IMG/VR virus record: IMGVR_UViG_3300042323_000705
Coordinates: 1-64,000 of that record
Origin: a virus
DNA: 64,000 nucleotides
Reading direction: 5' to 3' (one strand)
The notes beneath the pieces were generated by a model, which had not been told where the DNA came from, did no database searches, and was given only the letters and a program-made list of their open reading frames with translations. Made by a program: the position numbers and the translations under genes. Below are positions 37,065-46,510 of the stretch, in pieces; the first letter of the stretch is position 1; each line of letters opens with the position of its first letter.

Positions 37065-37242
37065 AGTCTACAATCTTAAACTTTTCTGAGCTGATTGAAC
37101 GTAGTTGGTTCACAAGAATTTTAGCGGTACCGTGGATATAAGGACCCTCTGGAAACCCTAGCTGACGTAGGAGAGGACCACTATAACCTGTACCACCCTT
37201 ATAGCTATCACGATCACGAACAACGACAAATTTTTCTAGCAT
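37051..37242 (-). CDS. hypothetical protein
   Basis: ORF track. Confidence 0.5.
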   Translation of the reverse strand: MLEKFVVVRDRDSYKGGTGYSGPLLRQLGFPEGPYIHGTAKILVNQLRSISSEKFKIVDYVTN

Positions 37243-37244
37243 TA

Positions 37245-38126
37245 TTATACTTCTCCGAGTACTTGGACAACCTTGTCTAGATCTACTTTATCTTCTGTAG
37301 AACACATCTCAAGGATTTGTTTTAATGTTTTGTTTTCAATACCATAGATACCGAGCAGCTCCTCTTCAAGAGCTTGTCGGTTAGCCCAGTCTACTTTACT
37401 AGAAGACACAGCTAAAGACAACAAAGAAGAAGGGCTAATACCCCAACCTCTCTTAATAAACTTATTCAACCGACTAACTGCCGACAACACGAAACGAGTG
37501 TTTCCAGTGTAGATCAACTCGTTCTTAGCGATAGACTCTTGACTACGACCTTCATAGGTTACAGTACCAAGTAACAGACCTAGCGGATTAGGACGCCAGT
37601 ATACTTTGCAATGCTCATAGTCAAAGGTAGTGAAGACTTCTTTTGGTTCTCCGATAAACCGGAAAATCAGCTGAATTCCGTTGTTTAGCGTTAGAGCATT
37701 CTTAGACAAGTAAGCAGGAACAACCTTGTGAGATCGACCTGAAGTTTTGAAACTTTTACAGTTTTGGTTAAACTCGTCAATCATATCCTCTAAACTCTTT
37801 ACATTCTCTTGAGGCCATTGAACTACAGCTGACTTAAGAGTCCCTCTTTCTAAGTTAGGATTCTTTTCGTCTTTAGTTACTTCCAATTGAAAGTTACTAC
37901 CTCCTGGAACTCTTTGCACTAGAGAGTTAAATAGTGTTACTGCAGAAGTTCCTTTAGTTACAAACAAGTCATAATCTTTAATCTTTTCTTCTTTAGAAAC
38001 AGAGATAATTGCTCCCCCTGCAATAAAAGAGTTACACAGTATGTGAGAACTAAAAAACTTACCTCCGAAGTTAAGTTCTTTAAGTTTAGCTTCACAGAGA
38101 TTATTGACTGTTCTTAGAAAGCTCAT
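37245..38126 (-). CDS. nucleotidyltransferase-like protein (poly(A) polymerase/CCA head-like)
   Basis: FIAGGAI...IKDYDLF, IQLI, FDY..C, R..K...RGW. Confidence 0.7.
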   Translation of the reverse strand: MSFLRTVNNLCEAKLKELNFGGKFFSSHILCNSFIAGGAIISVSKEEKIKDYDLFVTKGTSAVTLFNSLVQRVPGGSNFQLEVTKDEKNPNLERGTLKSAVVQWPQENVKSLEDMIDEFNQNCKSFKTSGRSHKVVPAYLSKNALTLNNGIQLIFRFIGEPKEVFTTFDYEHCKVYWRPNPLGLLLGTVTYEGRSQESIAKNELIYTGNTRFVLSAVSRLNKFIKRGWGISPSSLLSLAVSSSKVDWANRQALEEELLGIYGIENKTLKQILEMCSTEDKVDLDKVVQVLGEV

Positions 38127-38401
38127 TGTTTCATCCGTTTATAGACACTACGAAGATATTCGATGTACCACGCAGACTTACCTAACTCTTGAACTTCATC
38201 ATCTTTTCCTCCAAGTCGAAGCATGTACTTCCACGCTTGACCTTTAAGGTGACCTTGGAACTCTTCCTGAGTCATGATATACTCCATAACTTCAATGTAT
38301 TGAAGAGTGATGTTGCCATCGATATCAGTATGATAGGTTACTCGATCCTTAGGAATTACTAACACACCCTGATAGTGTTTAGGGTTAATTGCGTCAGCCA
38401 T
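38123..38401 (-). CDS. DUF3310 (T7 gp1.7-like) protein
   Basis: INPKHY...G...KY..R.G.K....E..K..WY. Confidence 0.8.
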   Translation of the reverse strand: MADAINPKHYQGVLVIPKDRVTYHTDIDGNITLQYIEVMEYIMTQEEFQGHLKGQAWKYMLRLGGKDDEVQELGKSAWYIEYLRSVYKRMKQ

Positions 38402-38657
38402 GTTGTCTTACTCCTACTCTGTCTACTAAGACACAGATAAATTCGTTTAGTTCTTCATAGTCTTCAGTTTCCCAAACTAGCCCTGTGGCTAAGTGTTTAA
38501 CCTTAACTAACGGTTCTGTTTTAAGTCGATTACTCTTTAACGTTTTACGAAAAAATCTTTGAGCCTCTGTCGGATCAAAGCATACACGATTAGGACCCTT
38601 GTCAGGATTAACATGAATTGAGAATTCCCAGTTTGAGTTTCTTCTTTTGAGAGACAT
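38394..38657 (-). CDS. hypothetical protein
   Basis: ORF track. Confidence 0.55.
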   Translation of the reverse strand: MSLKRRNSNWEFSIHVNPDKGPNRVCFDPTEAQRFFRKTLKSNRLKTEPLVKVKHLATGLVWETEDYEELNEFICVLVDRVGVRQHG

Positions 38658-38659
38658 GA

Positions 38660-39070
38660 TTACCTGTAATAAGCTAAAGTTGCTTCCAGTGCGTCTTCAA
38701 GTGTGTGGTGTAACTCTGTTGCAAAAACATCGACAAAAGGATGTTTAAATCCTTCTTCTAGCACAACAACAATTGTTTTACCCTCGTTATAAGCAAGAAT
38801 CAACTCACAAATAGTACCCCAAGCTTTACCTGCTCCTCGATCTTTAAGATTCATAAGAATAACATTTGATTCACAAATATCGTTAAGATCCATTCTAACA
38901 ATTTTGTTTGCTAGATTTCTGGAGTAAGGTTGATCATGAAACTTTTTACGTCGAGTAGGGTCTAGTGTAGGAATTTTATGCTTAAAAAAGAAGTTAGTGG
39001 CAGTCTCCCGCCACTTTGTTGCTTCCTCTAGAGATACGCCTTCAATTGGCCCAGCCAAATAGACGGTCAT
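38660..39070 (-). CDS. nucleoside 2-deoxyribosyltransferase-like protein
   Basis: VYLAGPI, WR, D...I...., GT..E...A. Confidence 0.8.
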   Translation of the reverse strand: MTVYLAGPIEGVSLEEATKWRETATNFFFKHKIPTLDPTRRKKFHDQPYSRNLANKIVRMDLNDICESNVILMNLKDRGAGKAWGTICELILAYNEGKTIVVVLEEGFKHPFVDVFATELHHTLEDALEATLAYYR

Positions 39071-39080
39071 TTAGTGCTCC

Positions 39081-39578
39081 TTAGTAAGGGTCATTCTCTG
39101 AGTTGTTTGGATCGATAACTTCGAAGTTATCTGTTAGCTCAAATTCATCGTCGTCTCCACGAGCTTCGAACTTGATTAGCTTAGTAACTTGGATACCTTT
39201 TAGTGTACGACCAGACTTATCTTCTTTCGTAAAGAAGCTAACGTTAGCAATTGAGCCATTGCCAACAGTGTTTGGATCTAGCTGAGTACCATCAGCAAGA
39301 ATAACGTTGACTGGTTTGTTTGGTTTTGTTAGATCTTCATTACCGTCTGGACCAGAACCATAAGCATAGCGAGAGATACTGGTTTTGTAGATAACTTTAT
39401 CATCTACTTCCATAGGAGAAAACTTGAAACCATAATCCTTTTCATAAGCCTCTTTTACCTTCTTGTCACGTACACGAAGTTGAATCGAGAACTTAGCTGG
39501 ACCTTTGCCTTGATAACGCTCAGGTTTTGCAGGATCACACTTTACCCAGTGAATTTCAACGTTGTTAATAATAGCCAT
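39081..39578 (-). CDS. single-stranded DNA-binding protein (T7 gp2.5-like)
   Basis: VGNGS..NV...L.GIQV pattern; acidic tail ending in an aromatic residue. Confidence 0.8.
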   Translation of the reverse strand: MAIINNVEIHWVKCDPAKPERYQGKGPAKFSIQLRVRDKKVKEAYEKDYGFKFSPMEVDDKVIYKTSISRYAYGSGPDGNEDLTKPNKPVNVILADGTQLDPNTVGNGSIANVSFFTKEDKSGRTLKGIQVTKLIKFEARGDDDEFELTDNFEVIDPNNSENDPY

Positions 39579-39640
39579 TAGACATTTCCTTTTTCTTATT
39601 TTTATACATAGTTAGACAAACAAAAAGCGGTTTTTCAGCT

Positions 39641-39663
39641 TTCTGCTTTAACGTTAAGAGGTG
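39641..39663 (-). promoter_or_regulatory. putative phage RNAP promoter (upstream of SSB and replication genes)
   Basis: CACCTCTTAACGTTAAAGCAGAA on - strand, 1 nt after the RNAP stop codon. Confidence 0.75.
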
Positions 39664-39664
39664 G

Positions 39665-41845
39665 TTAACAGAAGCAAAAATCAGACTCAAGAACTTTCTT
39701 GATATCAAGATTTCCCCGTTTAGGTAACATTGAAGCACAACCTAACTGAGTTAGAACGTGCTTTAGTGGATCAGCTTCGTATAGCTCTACAAACTTTTCA
39801 CGAACTAAAGTAAAAAGTTTTCCCATAGAGCCAGCAGTAGTACCCCAAGAGTCGTGGATAGCAGCTACATCAAAGCTAGCAGCATGCACTACCATAGACA
39901 TGTGCACAGCATCAAGACTGTGAACAATGTTTGGAGAGGCACCGAGTTTCTGGGAGTCTTTGTCTAGAGTAGACTCTTCCCAGTTTTCAACTACAACATG
40001 AAAACGAGCATCACCATAAGATAACCAAGTACGGTTACTTGTTGGTTGACGATAGTTTTGAACTACAGGGAAGTTAGTCACAGGTGACTTCCAAGCCATG
40101 TACTCATGTTTTTCATTATACTGGTCAGCAACTTGCTCGAACAACTTTAGAAGCCCACCGGGACCTTTTAAGTCTTCATAACAAGCAGCATGTAACTCAC
40201 GACCTAGCATAGACGCCCAGAGTTTTTCTTGACGACCAAGATACTCATTGATAGTGCGAGTATCATCCCAGACTTGTTGACCCATACCATAAGGTACAGC
40301 TCCATAGGCTGAAGTCATTGTAGGACGTTTGGTAATCTTTCGTCGAACTTTTAAGTCTTTGATACGATTCCAATAGACGGGATAAAGAGCTTCTCGTAGT
40401 TTACGATTATTGTTTCTCCAGGTTTGAACTGAAGTATAGGCCAATGCTTTCCGTTCGGATCCAGCTGGTGCTTCATCATACTCCTTTTGCAGACGCTCTG
40501 CTTCTTCAAGAACGTAGTCTAGTTGATTATAAATCACGCTAGGGATACGCATTTCTAGTTCTTCAAGTCGTTTCCAAACTTTCTCAGCTACAAGAGCATA
40601 CAGATCTCCTGGAACTTCACTAGGTACTAGGTTCACATAAGGGGCTAGCTCTTCATCTTTTGACATTGCTGTAAGATGCTGAGAACCATTGTTTGAACCG
40701 TCAATAAACAGAGGTAAGTGAGAAACAAACAACTCTTGTTCGTTACCTGCTTCACACCAAGTTTGTAGCAACTTCAGTTCCATGCAGAAAGCTAAGAAAC
40801 TGAAGGGCTTATCTGCTTTCATCCAGCCAGTGTTCTGAGTAGGATCACTAGCATAAGACAGAAACAAGTCATAGTTCTGAAGGCAAAACTCTGCTCGGTC
40901 ATCAAGAGAGCACTTGTCATTACCCCAAGTATTAGAACCATGAATCAGCATCCAATACAGACCCTCCTCACCAATAGGTTGCCCATTAGCAAAGAGTAAA
41001 AGAGACTTAGCGTTATCACTAGACTGCTCATGAAGGAAAGCAGTGTTAGGATACAGTCGGCCTCGAAAATCTGTATTGTAAAGATGGTAGAACACCTTGT
41101 CGATATTCTTTTTAGCTAATCGCTGAATAGAACTCAACTCGATGTAAAGACTCTCTTTTTTCTCGAAGTCCTTTTCTTGTTTGTATTTTAGAGGGTTTCC
41201 TTCCTCAGGTGCTTCCATGTAATACTCAATAACATCCAGAAGAGGCTTGTTGATTATCCAAGGAGTTGACCCGAGTTTGTTTAGAACATCAAATAACATC
41301 TGATGCTCTTCTTTGTTGATCTTACTAGTAATCTCAGGGCTAGACTTCTTGATGATAGAGTAGCCAAGAGGATGCATAGGTCCTGTCCAAGGTTCAGGAG
41401 GAGTATTGACTGGGAAAAGATCAATCTCTTCTTCAGTGTTTAACTCCTCCCAAAGCTCGAACAAGGCTTTCTTGTTTTTAACGCTAACAGTATAAGTAAG
41501 GTACTTAGAACGACGACCCTTCTTATCTGTCTTAACTAGTTTGTACTCTAAAAGGCCAATCTCAAAGAATGAGACTAGCACAAAGAAGCCAACATGGCAA
41601 GCTGCAGTACTGTTACGAGACAACCTTAGTTTTTGTCGTACTCTACGGCCTAGGGTAACTGCCAGATCAACCAACGTAGCTTTCCGCTCAACACCCTTAA
41701 TGATGTGACCAAACGAGAACAAAATAATTCTACGTGCGTCTTCATCTTTAAGAAAGTGGGTGTATTGGTTTCTGTCAGCCCTAAGAGTAGCTTTACGAAA
41801 ATTAAAATCGTCAATAAGTGCTTTTAAAATAGAGTTTTCTGACAA
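39665..41845 (-). CDS. single-subunit T7-like RNA polymerase (726 aa, TTG start)
   Basis: DFRGRLYP, IDGSNNG.QH, R...K...M..AYG, PNIVHSLDA.H, IHDS motifs. Confidence 0.95.
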   Translation of the reverse strand: MSENSILKALIDDFNFRKATLRADRNQYTHFLKDEDARRIILFSFGHIIKGVERKATLVDLAVTLGRRVRQKLRLSRNSTAACHVGFFVLVSFFEIGLLEYKLVKTDKKGRRSKYLTYTVSVKNKKALFELWEELNTEEEIDLFPVNTPPEPWTGPMHPLGYSIIKKSSPEITSKINKEEHQMLFDVLNKLGSTPWIINKPLLDVIEYYMEAPEEGNPLKYKQEKDFEKKESLYIELSSIQRLAKKNIDKVFYHLYNTDFRGRLYPNTAFLHEQSSDNAKSLLLFANGQPIGEEGLYWMLIHGSNTWGNDKCSLDDRAEFCLQNYDLFLSYASDPTQNTGWMKADKPFSFLAFCMELKLLQTWCEAGNEQELFVSHLPLFIDGSNNGSQHLTAMSKDEELAPYVNLVPSEVPGDLYALVAEKVWKRLEELEMRIPSVIYNQLDYVLEEAERLQKEYDEAPAGSERKALAYTSVQTWRNNNRKLREALYPVYWNRIKDLKVRRKITKRPTMTSAYGAVPYGMGQQVWDDTRTINEYLGRQEKLWASMLGRELHAACYEDLKGPGGLLKLFEQVADQYNEKHEYMAWKSPVTNFPVVQNYRQPTSNRTWLSYGDARFHVVVENWEESTLDKDSQKLGASPNIVHSLDAVHMSMVVHAASFDVAAIHDSWGTTAGSMGKLFTLVREKFVELYEADPLKHVLTQLGCASMLPKRGNLDIKKVLESDFCFC

Positions 41846-41865
41846 GAGTTTTCCTCTTTGTTTTA

Positions 41866-42036
41866 TTATTTTTTAGGTGTTTCTTCTAGGATAAGTAGTC
41901 CACCATCCCAACCAGCCTTTTCGGCTGCTTCTAACACTAGATCTTCCTCTTTCACGCTTTCATAGGTATGTCCCCACTTTTTGTCGATATCTTGGACTAG
42001 TTTAGAGAAGGTAGCATCTTCGAGTTTCTTAGTCAT
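41866..42036 (-). CDS. small acidic protein (56 aa)
   Basis: Read by eye; SD AAGGGG. Confidence 0.55.
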   Translation of the reverse strand: MTKKLEDATFSKLVQDIDKKWGHTYESVKEEDLVLEAAEKAGWDGGLLILEETPKK

Positions 42037-42179
42037 CTAATATTACCCCTTCTTAGGTATTCACTTCCGTGCCTGTTTTAGGTAATCATAATTAGATCTG
42101 ACTTACTGTTGTTTCTTTGCAATGAATTGTACAAGACAAAGCAAAAGAATAGCTGCAAGTAGATCCAAATTATTTCCTC

Positions 42180-42686
42180 TTATGGTAGGTCACACCAGTT
42201 TGGCTTTTCACCTGTTGACCAAGTAGGTGGTTTCTTGTCTTCTTTCCAACGATGGTTTAGATAAAGACGATAAGCTAGATGTACGTCTTTTACATTCTTG
42301 TAGTTGATTCCTGCTCCTTCATTTGCAGCACAATTTTGAAAGGTCATTACATCGTTGTTAGGCAACCTCCAAAAGTTTGTAGTTAACCACTCTTTACACA
42401 AGTTGTAGTTAGTGTAGCACTTGTGATCTTTTTTACCTCGCAACTCTAGCAACCAACGAGTATGCTCTAGTAGCCAAGCAAAGTTTTGCCTACTAGCTTG
42501 AGTCCACAACCCACAAGGATGATTAGGATTGAAGTTTTTGTAGGTCTTTAACCCATGATCAGGATGCACAGTGTTGATAGTAGTAGACAACAGCTGACAA
42601 GATTCAAGAATCATCTTGTTAGCTCGTAAGTCGTCTAGCCAAAGAGCGCAGAGCCTTGGACTAGAATGTGTAGCAAAGATATTCAT
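42180..42686 (-). CDS. pyrimidine-dimer glycosylase-like protein
   Basis: MNIF...D....KMILE..QLLST, HPC..W...N..WL, AYR.Y motifs. Confidence 0.7.
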   Translation of the reverse strand: MNIFATHSSPRLCALWLDDLRANKMILESCQLLSTTINTVHPDHGLKTYKNFNPNHPCGLWTQASRQNFAWLLEHTRWLLELRGKKDHKCYTNYNLCKEWLTTNFWRLPNNDVMTFQNCAANEGAGINYKNVKDVHLAYRLYLNHRWKEDKKPPTWSTGEKPNWCDLP

Positions 42687-43072
42687 CGTTTCCACTCATA
42701 AGCTTGATGTTCTTCGTTTACTGGACAAGGAGCACCTCCACCATAACGACCGTCAGGCACCTCATAAATCCAAGCCTTTACTTTTTCCTCAAAGAAATCA
42801 AGGATCTTTACGTCTCTGATCACACGAGTATAGAAGTGACCGTTGCTCTCAAGACGATCTAAAGCTCTCACGACTTCATCAGAAGAAACGTCATATAACT
42901 CTCCTAGTAAGGGTAATCCATCATTGTAAGGCATAGCCTGTGGAAAACCCATGTGATAAACAGTGTAGTTACTTAGAGTTAACCCTTTACCTAAATACTT
43001 ACAGTCTTTTAGAAGAATATGGTTACCTTGATTTTTCTTCAAAGTACCATACACAAAGAACAGGTTAGTCAT
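42683..43072 (-). CDS. gamma-glutamylcyclotransferase (GGCT/AIG2)
   Basis: FVYGTLK, GE.Y.V....LD.LE...Y.R, AW.Y. Confidence 0.88.
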   Translation of the reverse strand: MTNLFFVYGTLKKNQGNHILLKDCKYLGKGLTLSNYTVYHMGFPQAMPYNDGLPLLGELYDVSSDEVVRALDRLESNGHFYTRVIRDVKILDFFEEKVKAWIYEVPDGRYGGGAPCPVNEEHQAYEWKR

Positions 43073-43394
43073 GAGGTATCATCCTTAGTGAGATTAGCTT
43101 TGAGCCTTCTGGAATTACTTCTGGTTTTTCATCATACTTCACGTAATCGTTGATATCACGAATCAACAGATAGCACAGTTGCTTTTCTTTCTGAGCTGTT
43201 AAGCTTCGTTCATGCGCCATTAGCATACCTAGTGTAGTTTTGACAAGGTAAACGTTAGTCTCTCGAACATCACAGTAATGTCTAGATACAATCTTACCTG
43301 TCCACTTTTGATGATGTTTACCACCTTCTACAAACACTCGTTTCAACCCAACAGGGTACACTTCTTGGCCTACTTTAAACTTATACTTGGGCAT
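43065..43394 (-). CDS. hypothetical protein
   Basis: KFKVG..V SH3-like start. Confidence 0.55.
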   Translation of the reverse strand: MPKYKFKVGQEVYPVGLKRVFVEGGKHHQKWTGKIVSRHYCDVRETNVYLVKTTLGMLMAHERSLTAQKEKQLCYLLIRDINDYVKYDEKPEVIPEGSKLISLRMIPHD

Positions 43395-43701
43395 TGTTTT
43401 CCACCTCTACTTCGAAAGTGACTTGATAGTATAGTTCTTTTTCAGCTTCTGGTACTTGATAGTTTACAAACTCAACTTGCAACTCATTGGTTTCTAACAA
43501 TTTAAGTGTTAGGTTTACTTTCTTTCTTACTTTTAGAACTAATTGTAGGTTTTCTAGTCGTACTACTTGATACCCAGCACCGTGTCCAAACGGGCCTGTA
43601 TAACTTACAGCTCCATACAGTTTCCCCTCTTCCATCCAGATAGATTTCAGCACTACAGGTCTATGCTGCCAGTAGTAAGTCTTGTTTAGCTCGTAACTCA
43701 T
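43381..43701 (-). CDS. hypothetical protein
   Basis: ORF track. Confidence 0.55.
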   Translation of the reverse strand: MSYELNKTYYWQHRPVVLKSIWMEEGKLYGAVSYTGPFGHGAGYQVVRLENLQLVLKVRKKVNLTLKLLETNELQVEFVNYQVPEAEKELYYQVTFEVEVENNAQV

Positions 43702-43704
43702 AGC

Positions 43705-44280
43705 TTACTCCTTTGCAAGAACTAAGATGTTTTCTTTAAGATCCCAATTGTTACGAATAGTAGAGGATAGTTTGTTAACTTGAAAACCAGTTACAAGTTT
43801 GAAACCCATGTTAACTAAGTGCGGTATACAAAAAGATCTTGTAGAATAGCCTCCATCTACAAAACTTACATACTCATAATCTTTAGTGTAAATTTCTTTT
43901 TTAAATTGTTCTTTAGAAATACCTTTTCTATAACGATTGGTTTTTGATATCACGTTTACAATTAAAAGGTTATTGTCTAGGTTGGCCACTTTAGCTTCGA
44001 TAGGTAGCTTACGTTTAACATCAGTGTCAGCTCCCCAAGAAGTAAAGTAAGGTAAATGTTTAGTAAAGAAAGCTACTTTTTTACTTTCAACAACCTTCAG
44101 CGAGAAATTATTATAAAACTCTCTCAGTTCTTTAAGCTCTTTAAGATCTTTGTAGTTCTTAATCATTAACGAGTTTGTATTAGTTAGCTTGAAAAAAGAT
44201 TGCAACACCTCTTCAGCATTATGTGTTTTGTTGTCTGCTTCAAGCAGGCTAGGTAGTCCAAGAGCGTTAGATTTTAGCAA
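43705..44280 (-). CDS. hypothetical protein (TTG start)
   Basis: SD AAGAGGTG supplied by the reverse complement of the promoter motif. Confidence 0.6.
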   Translation of the reverse strand: MLKSNALGLPSLLEADNKTHNAEEVLQSFFKLTNTNSLMIKNYKDLKELKELREFYNNFSLKVVESKKVAFFTKHLPYFTSWGADTDVKRKLPIEAKVANLDNNLLIVNVISKTNRYRKGISKEQFKKEIYTKDYEYVSFVDGGYSTRSFCIPHLVNMGFKLVTGFQVNKLSSTIRNNWDLKENILVLAKE

Positions 44281-44285
44281 GTTTT

Positions 44286-44308
44286 CACCTCTTTGCTATA
44301 AAGAAGAA
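44286..44308 (+). promoter_or_regulatory. putative phage RNAP promoter (small-terminase island)
   Basis: CACCTCTTTGCTATAAAGAAGAA on + strand, followed by SD AAGGAG and ATG44321. Confidence 0.75.
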
Positions 44309-44320
44309 AAGGAGAACCAT

Positions 44321-44560
44321 ATGAACTATTCCGACTATTTCGAAAATAAAGTAGCTGCTGCCCTTTCTAACAAGTTAAACCTTATCATCGTAAAAACAAA
44401 GGCTGCTACTCAGCTTGACTTCATTTCTGAGACTATGTTACTAGACTCAATGAAGGAAGTTTGGTCAGTTATTGACTCACTCGATCCTTATTCTGTAACT
44501 CTAACAGATAAGATTGTCACTGTAAAAGTTATGGACTATGGCCAAGAAAAAGTACAATAA
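44321..44560 (+). CDS. hypothetical protein
   Basis: ATG44321 with strong SD. Confidence 0.65.
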   Translation: MNYSDYFENKVAAALSNKLNLIIVKTKAATQLDFISETMLLDSMKEVWSVIDSLDPYSVTLTDKIVTVKVMDYGQEKVQ

Positions 44561-45029
44561 GGCAAGACCTGGTCATTACAAGCCAGGTTCTAACTTTGCT
44601 GGTTATAGGAAAGGTTATGAGCCTAAAACAGGCGAGTTTAGAGAACCTTTTAAAGCATACAAAGTCAACGAAAGGGCTATCGCAATGCTAAAAGACTACG
44701 AAGAAGGCGGTGGCTTTAGAAAAGGCTCAGGAGCAAAGGCTCACAGAGCGGCTACCGACAAACTAAGAGATCTAGATTTTGATCCTCTCGAAGAGTTAGT
44801 TAAACAACTAGATGATATTGAAGAACTCCTAGCTAAAGAGCAAGGAATGACAAACCCAAGAATCATGGTTATTAACAATCTTATTAACTGTAAAATGAGA
44901 ATTCTTGAGAGCCTGCTGCCTTACCGGTATGGTAAAGCACCTACACTTACAGTAGAGTCGGCAGATATTCGAGAACCTATTAAGATTGTATTAGAACATG
45001 ATTTTACAACTAATTATCCGAAAACCTGA
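44538..45029 (+). CDS. terminase small subunit candidate
   Basis: Basic G-rich N-terminus, L....FDP.EEL, LLPY.YGK pattern of TerS-like proteins. Confidence 0.6.
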   Translation: MAKKKYNKARPGHYKPGSNFAGYRKGYEPKTGEFREPFKAYKVNERAIAMLKDYEEGGGFRKGSGAKAHRAATDKLRDLDFDPLEELVKQLDDIEELLAKEQGMTNPRIMVINNLINCKMRILESLLPYRYGKAPTLTVESADIREPIKIVLEHDFTTNYPKT

Positions 45030-45249
45030 TCAAGAGTTGTCTGAGGCTATTCTTGTAGGCACTAGACATTCTGAAGAGGTTTGTATTGAGTCTATTAAAC
45101 TGCTTCTAAATGACAAGATTACACCTTCTATTGCTAAACTTTGTTTTGGATTTTTTCCAGAAGGGTTTATAATAGAGGGAGTAGCTTATGGTCAACCAGA
45201 AGAAGAACCTATAGATGCTTACGACTTAGAACTAAAGGTACTGCATTGA
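44998..45249 (+). CDS. hypothetical protein
   Basis: ORF track. Confidence 0.5.
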   Translation: MILQLIIRKPDQELSEAILVGTRHSEEVCIESIKLLLNDKITPSIAKLCFGFFPEGFIIEGVAYGQPEEEPIDAYDLELKVLH

Positions 45250-45509
45250 TTGCTTATTATGAAATCCAATTAACTTGGTTATCGCCAAAAACTAAACGTC
45301 AAGAAATGGTGTTTGCACGTGATTTAACTCATGAACAGACAAACAGTCTTCTTGGTCGAATTTTCAACTATCAAGACTGGTCAGAATTAAAGTCTTTTAT
45401 TGAACAACATGAGGGAGAAAAAATCTCTTACATTGTTAGCGGAGTAAGACGTTCTGCTAATACTTATGTTGTTCCAATTATTGTGTCAGGAGTTAAAAAT
45501 GCTAAATAA
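45246..45509 (+). CDS. hypothetical protein (TTG start overlapping upstream stop)
   Basis: Trimmed from ORF 45141. Confidence 0.5.
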   Translation: MIAYYEIQLTWLSPKTKRQEMVFARDLTHEQTNSLLGRIFNYQDWSELKSFIEQHEGEKISYIVSGVRRSANTYVVPIIVSGVKNAK

Positions 45510-45636
45510 AGAAACACAAAAAGAAGTGCTTAAGCTAGAACCAAAGGATCCCTTTGAAGCTCTATATAAAGAACTTCTTAAAAAACCACAAGGCGACATT
45601 ATGGTTGCTAGAATTAAAAAATTCTTAGAACTTTAA
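45499..45636 (+). CDS. small hypothetical protein (45 aa)
   Basis: Read by eye; SD AGGAG. Confidence 0.5.
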   Translation: MLNKETQKEVLKLEPKDPFEALYKELLKKPQGDIMVARIKKFLEL

Positions 45637-45643
45637 GTAAATC

Positions 45644-45669
45644 GGGGGGCCGCGAAGCCCCCCTTTTTT
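45644..45669 (+). terminator. terminator closing the small-terminase island
   Basis: GGGGGGC-CGCGAA-GCCCCCC-TTTTTT. Confidence 0.85.
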
Positions 45670-45671
45670 AT

Positions 45672-46013
45672 TTACTCCATAGGCTCGTAGGTCCAACCTA
45701 AGTCATAGAGATCTTTTTCAATCTCAGCATCTACATGCCCCTCACTACCTGAGCAGTAAAACTCCATATAGTCGCTTATCCGGCTAGTACCGTGATGAAG
45801 TTCAGAGGTAACACCGCCAGCGGTTCGCCAACTGACTGCCCAAGGCTTTTGATCATTGTAAGCATAGCCTTCCTTTTTCCAGTAGTTGTTGCAGAGAGCT
45901 GCATAGAGTTTTTGAGCATATTCATAATGAGACGCTTTCTCCATCAACTCGCGTGATTGTTTAAACTCGTAGTCTAGCTCTGGGTAGGCTTGTTCAAGCA
46001 TGATAGTACTCAT
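45672..46013 (-). CDS. hypothetical protein
   Basis: YA..LYAALCNN...SWR..GG...YMEFYCSG.EG. Confidence 0.65.
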   Translation of the reverse strand: MSTIMLEQAYPELDYEFKQSRELMEKASHYEYAQKLYAALCNNYWKKEGYAYNDQKPWAVSWRTAGGVTSELHHGTSRISDYMEFYCSGSEGHVDAEIEKDLYDLGWTYEPME

Positions 46014-46200
46014 ATCCTGGGACGGTTGCGTTGTAGTCTTTTTCTAACTTTTCTCTTTTGGCTTTTTCCAAAAGATAAGCTTCATAATAGTCACAGGTAA
46101 CATTCTTCTTTAGCTCCTCATGTTCTTTCAAGAGTTGATCATACTTCTCTTGAAGTTCATCGAGTTGAGCTTGCTCTGAAGGTACACCCCACTTAGCCAT
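45994..46200 (-). CDS. coiled-coil hypothetical protein
   Basis: ORF track. Confidence 0.55.
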   Translation of the reverse strand: MAKWGVPSEQAQLDELQEKYDQLLKEHEELKKNVTCDYYEAYLLEKAKREKLEKDYNATVPGYEYYHA

Positions 46201-46508
46201 TAGTTACTCCATTTGTAGGTTGAGTTTTTAGTTTTGAAGACTACAATTACTGTACCGTCTTCTTCCTCTTCACGAGACACAATCTCAGTAACAGCAGTAG
46301 TCATCCACCAGTCTCGAGAAGAAAAACTACGAGCATAAGGTGTACCTACTTGCATACAGCAGCCTACTTTTGGTTCTGCATTGTATTTTACCCCTACAAG
46401 ACTCTTCCCGTCTTCTCCAACTTCGTGAGCAGCAGACATAGGTCCGCTATCTCCCTTGTACTCATTATAAGACCCATCTGGGTTTAGAGCATACATCCAG
46501 TAAGCCAT
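46200..46508 (-). CDS. hypothetical protein
   Basis: ATG46508 with SD AAGGA; W.TT.V.EI...FKT.NS.Y. Confidence 0.6.
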   Translation of the reverse strand: MAYWMYALNPDGSYNEYKGDSGPMSAAHEVGEDGKSLVGVKYNAEPKVGCCMQVGTPYARSFSSRDWWMTTAVTEIVSREEEEDGTVIVVFKTKNSTYKWSN

Positions 46509-46510
46509 GG

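Noticed and set aside
44189-44320. Upstream extension of ORF 44189-44560
   Set aside because: It overlaps the divergent gene and promoter; ATG44321 has a strong SD
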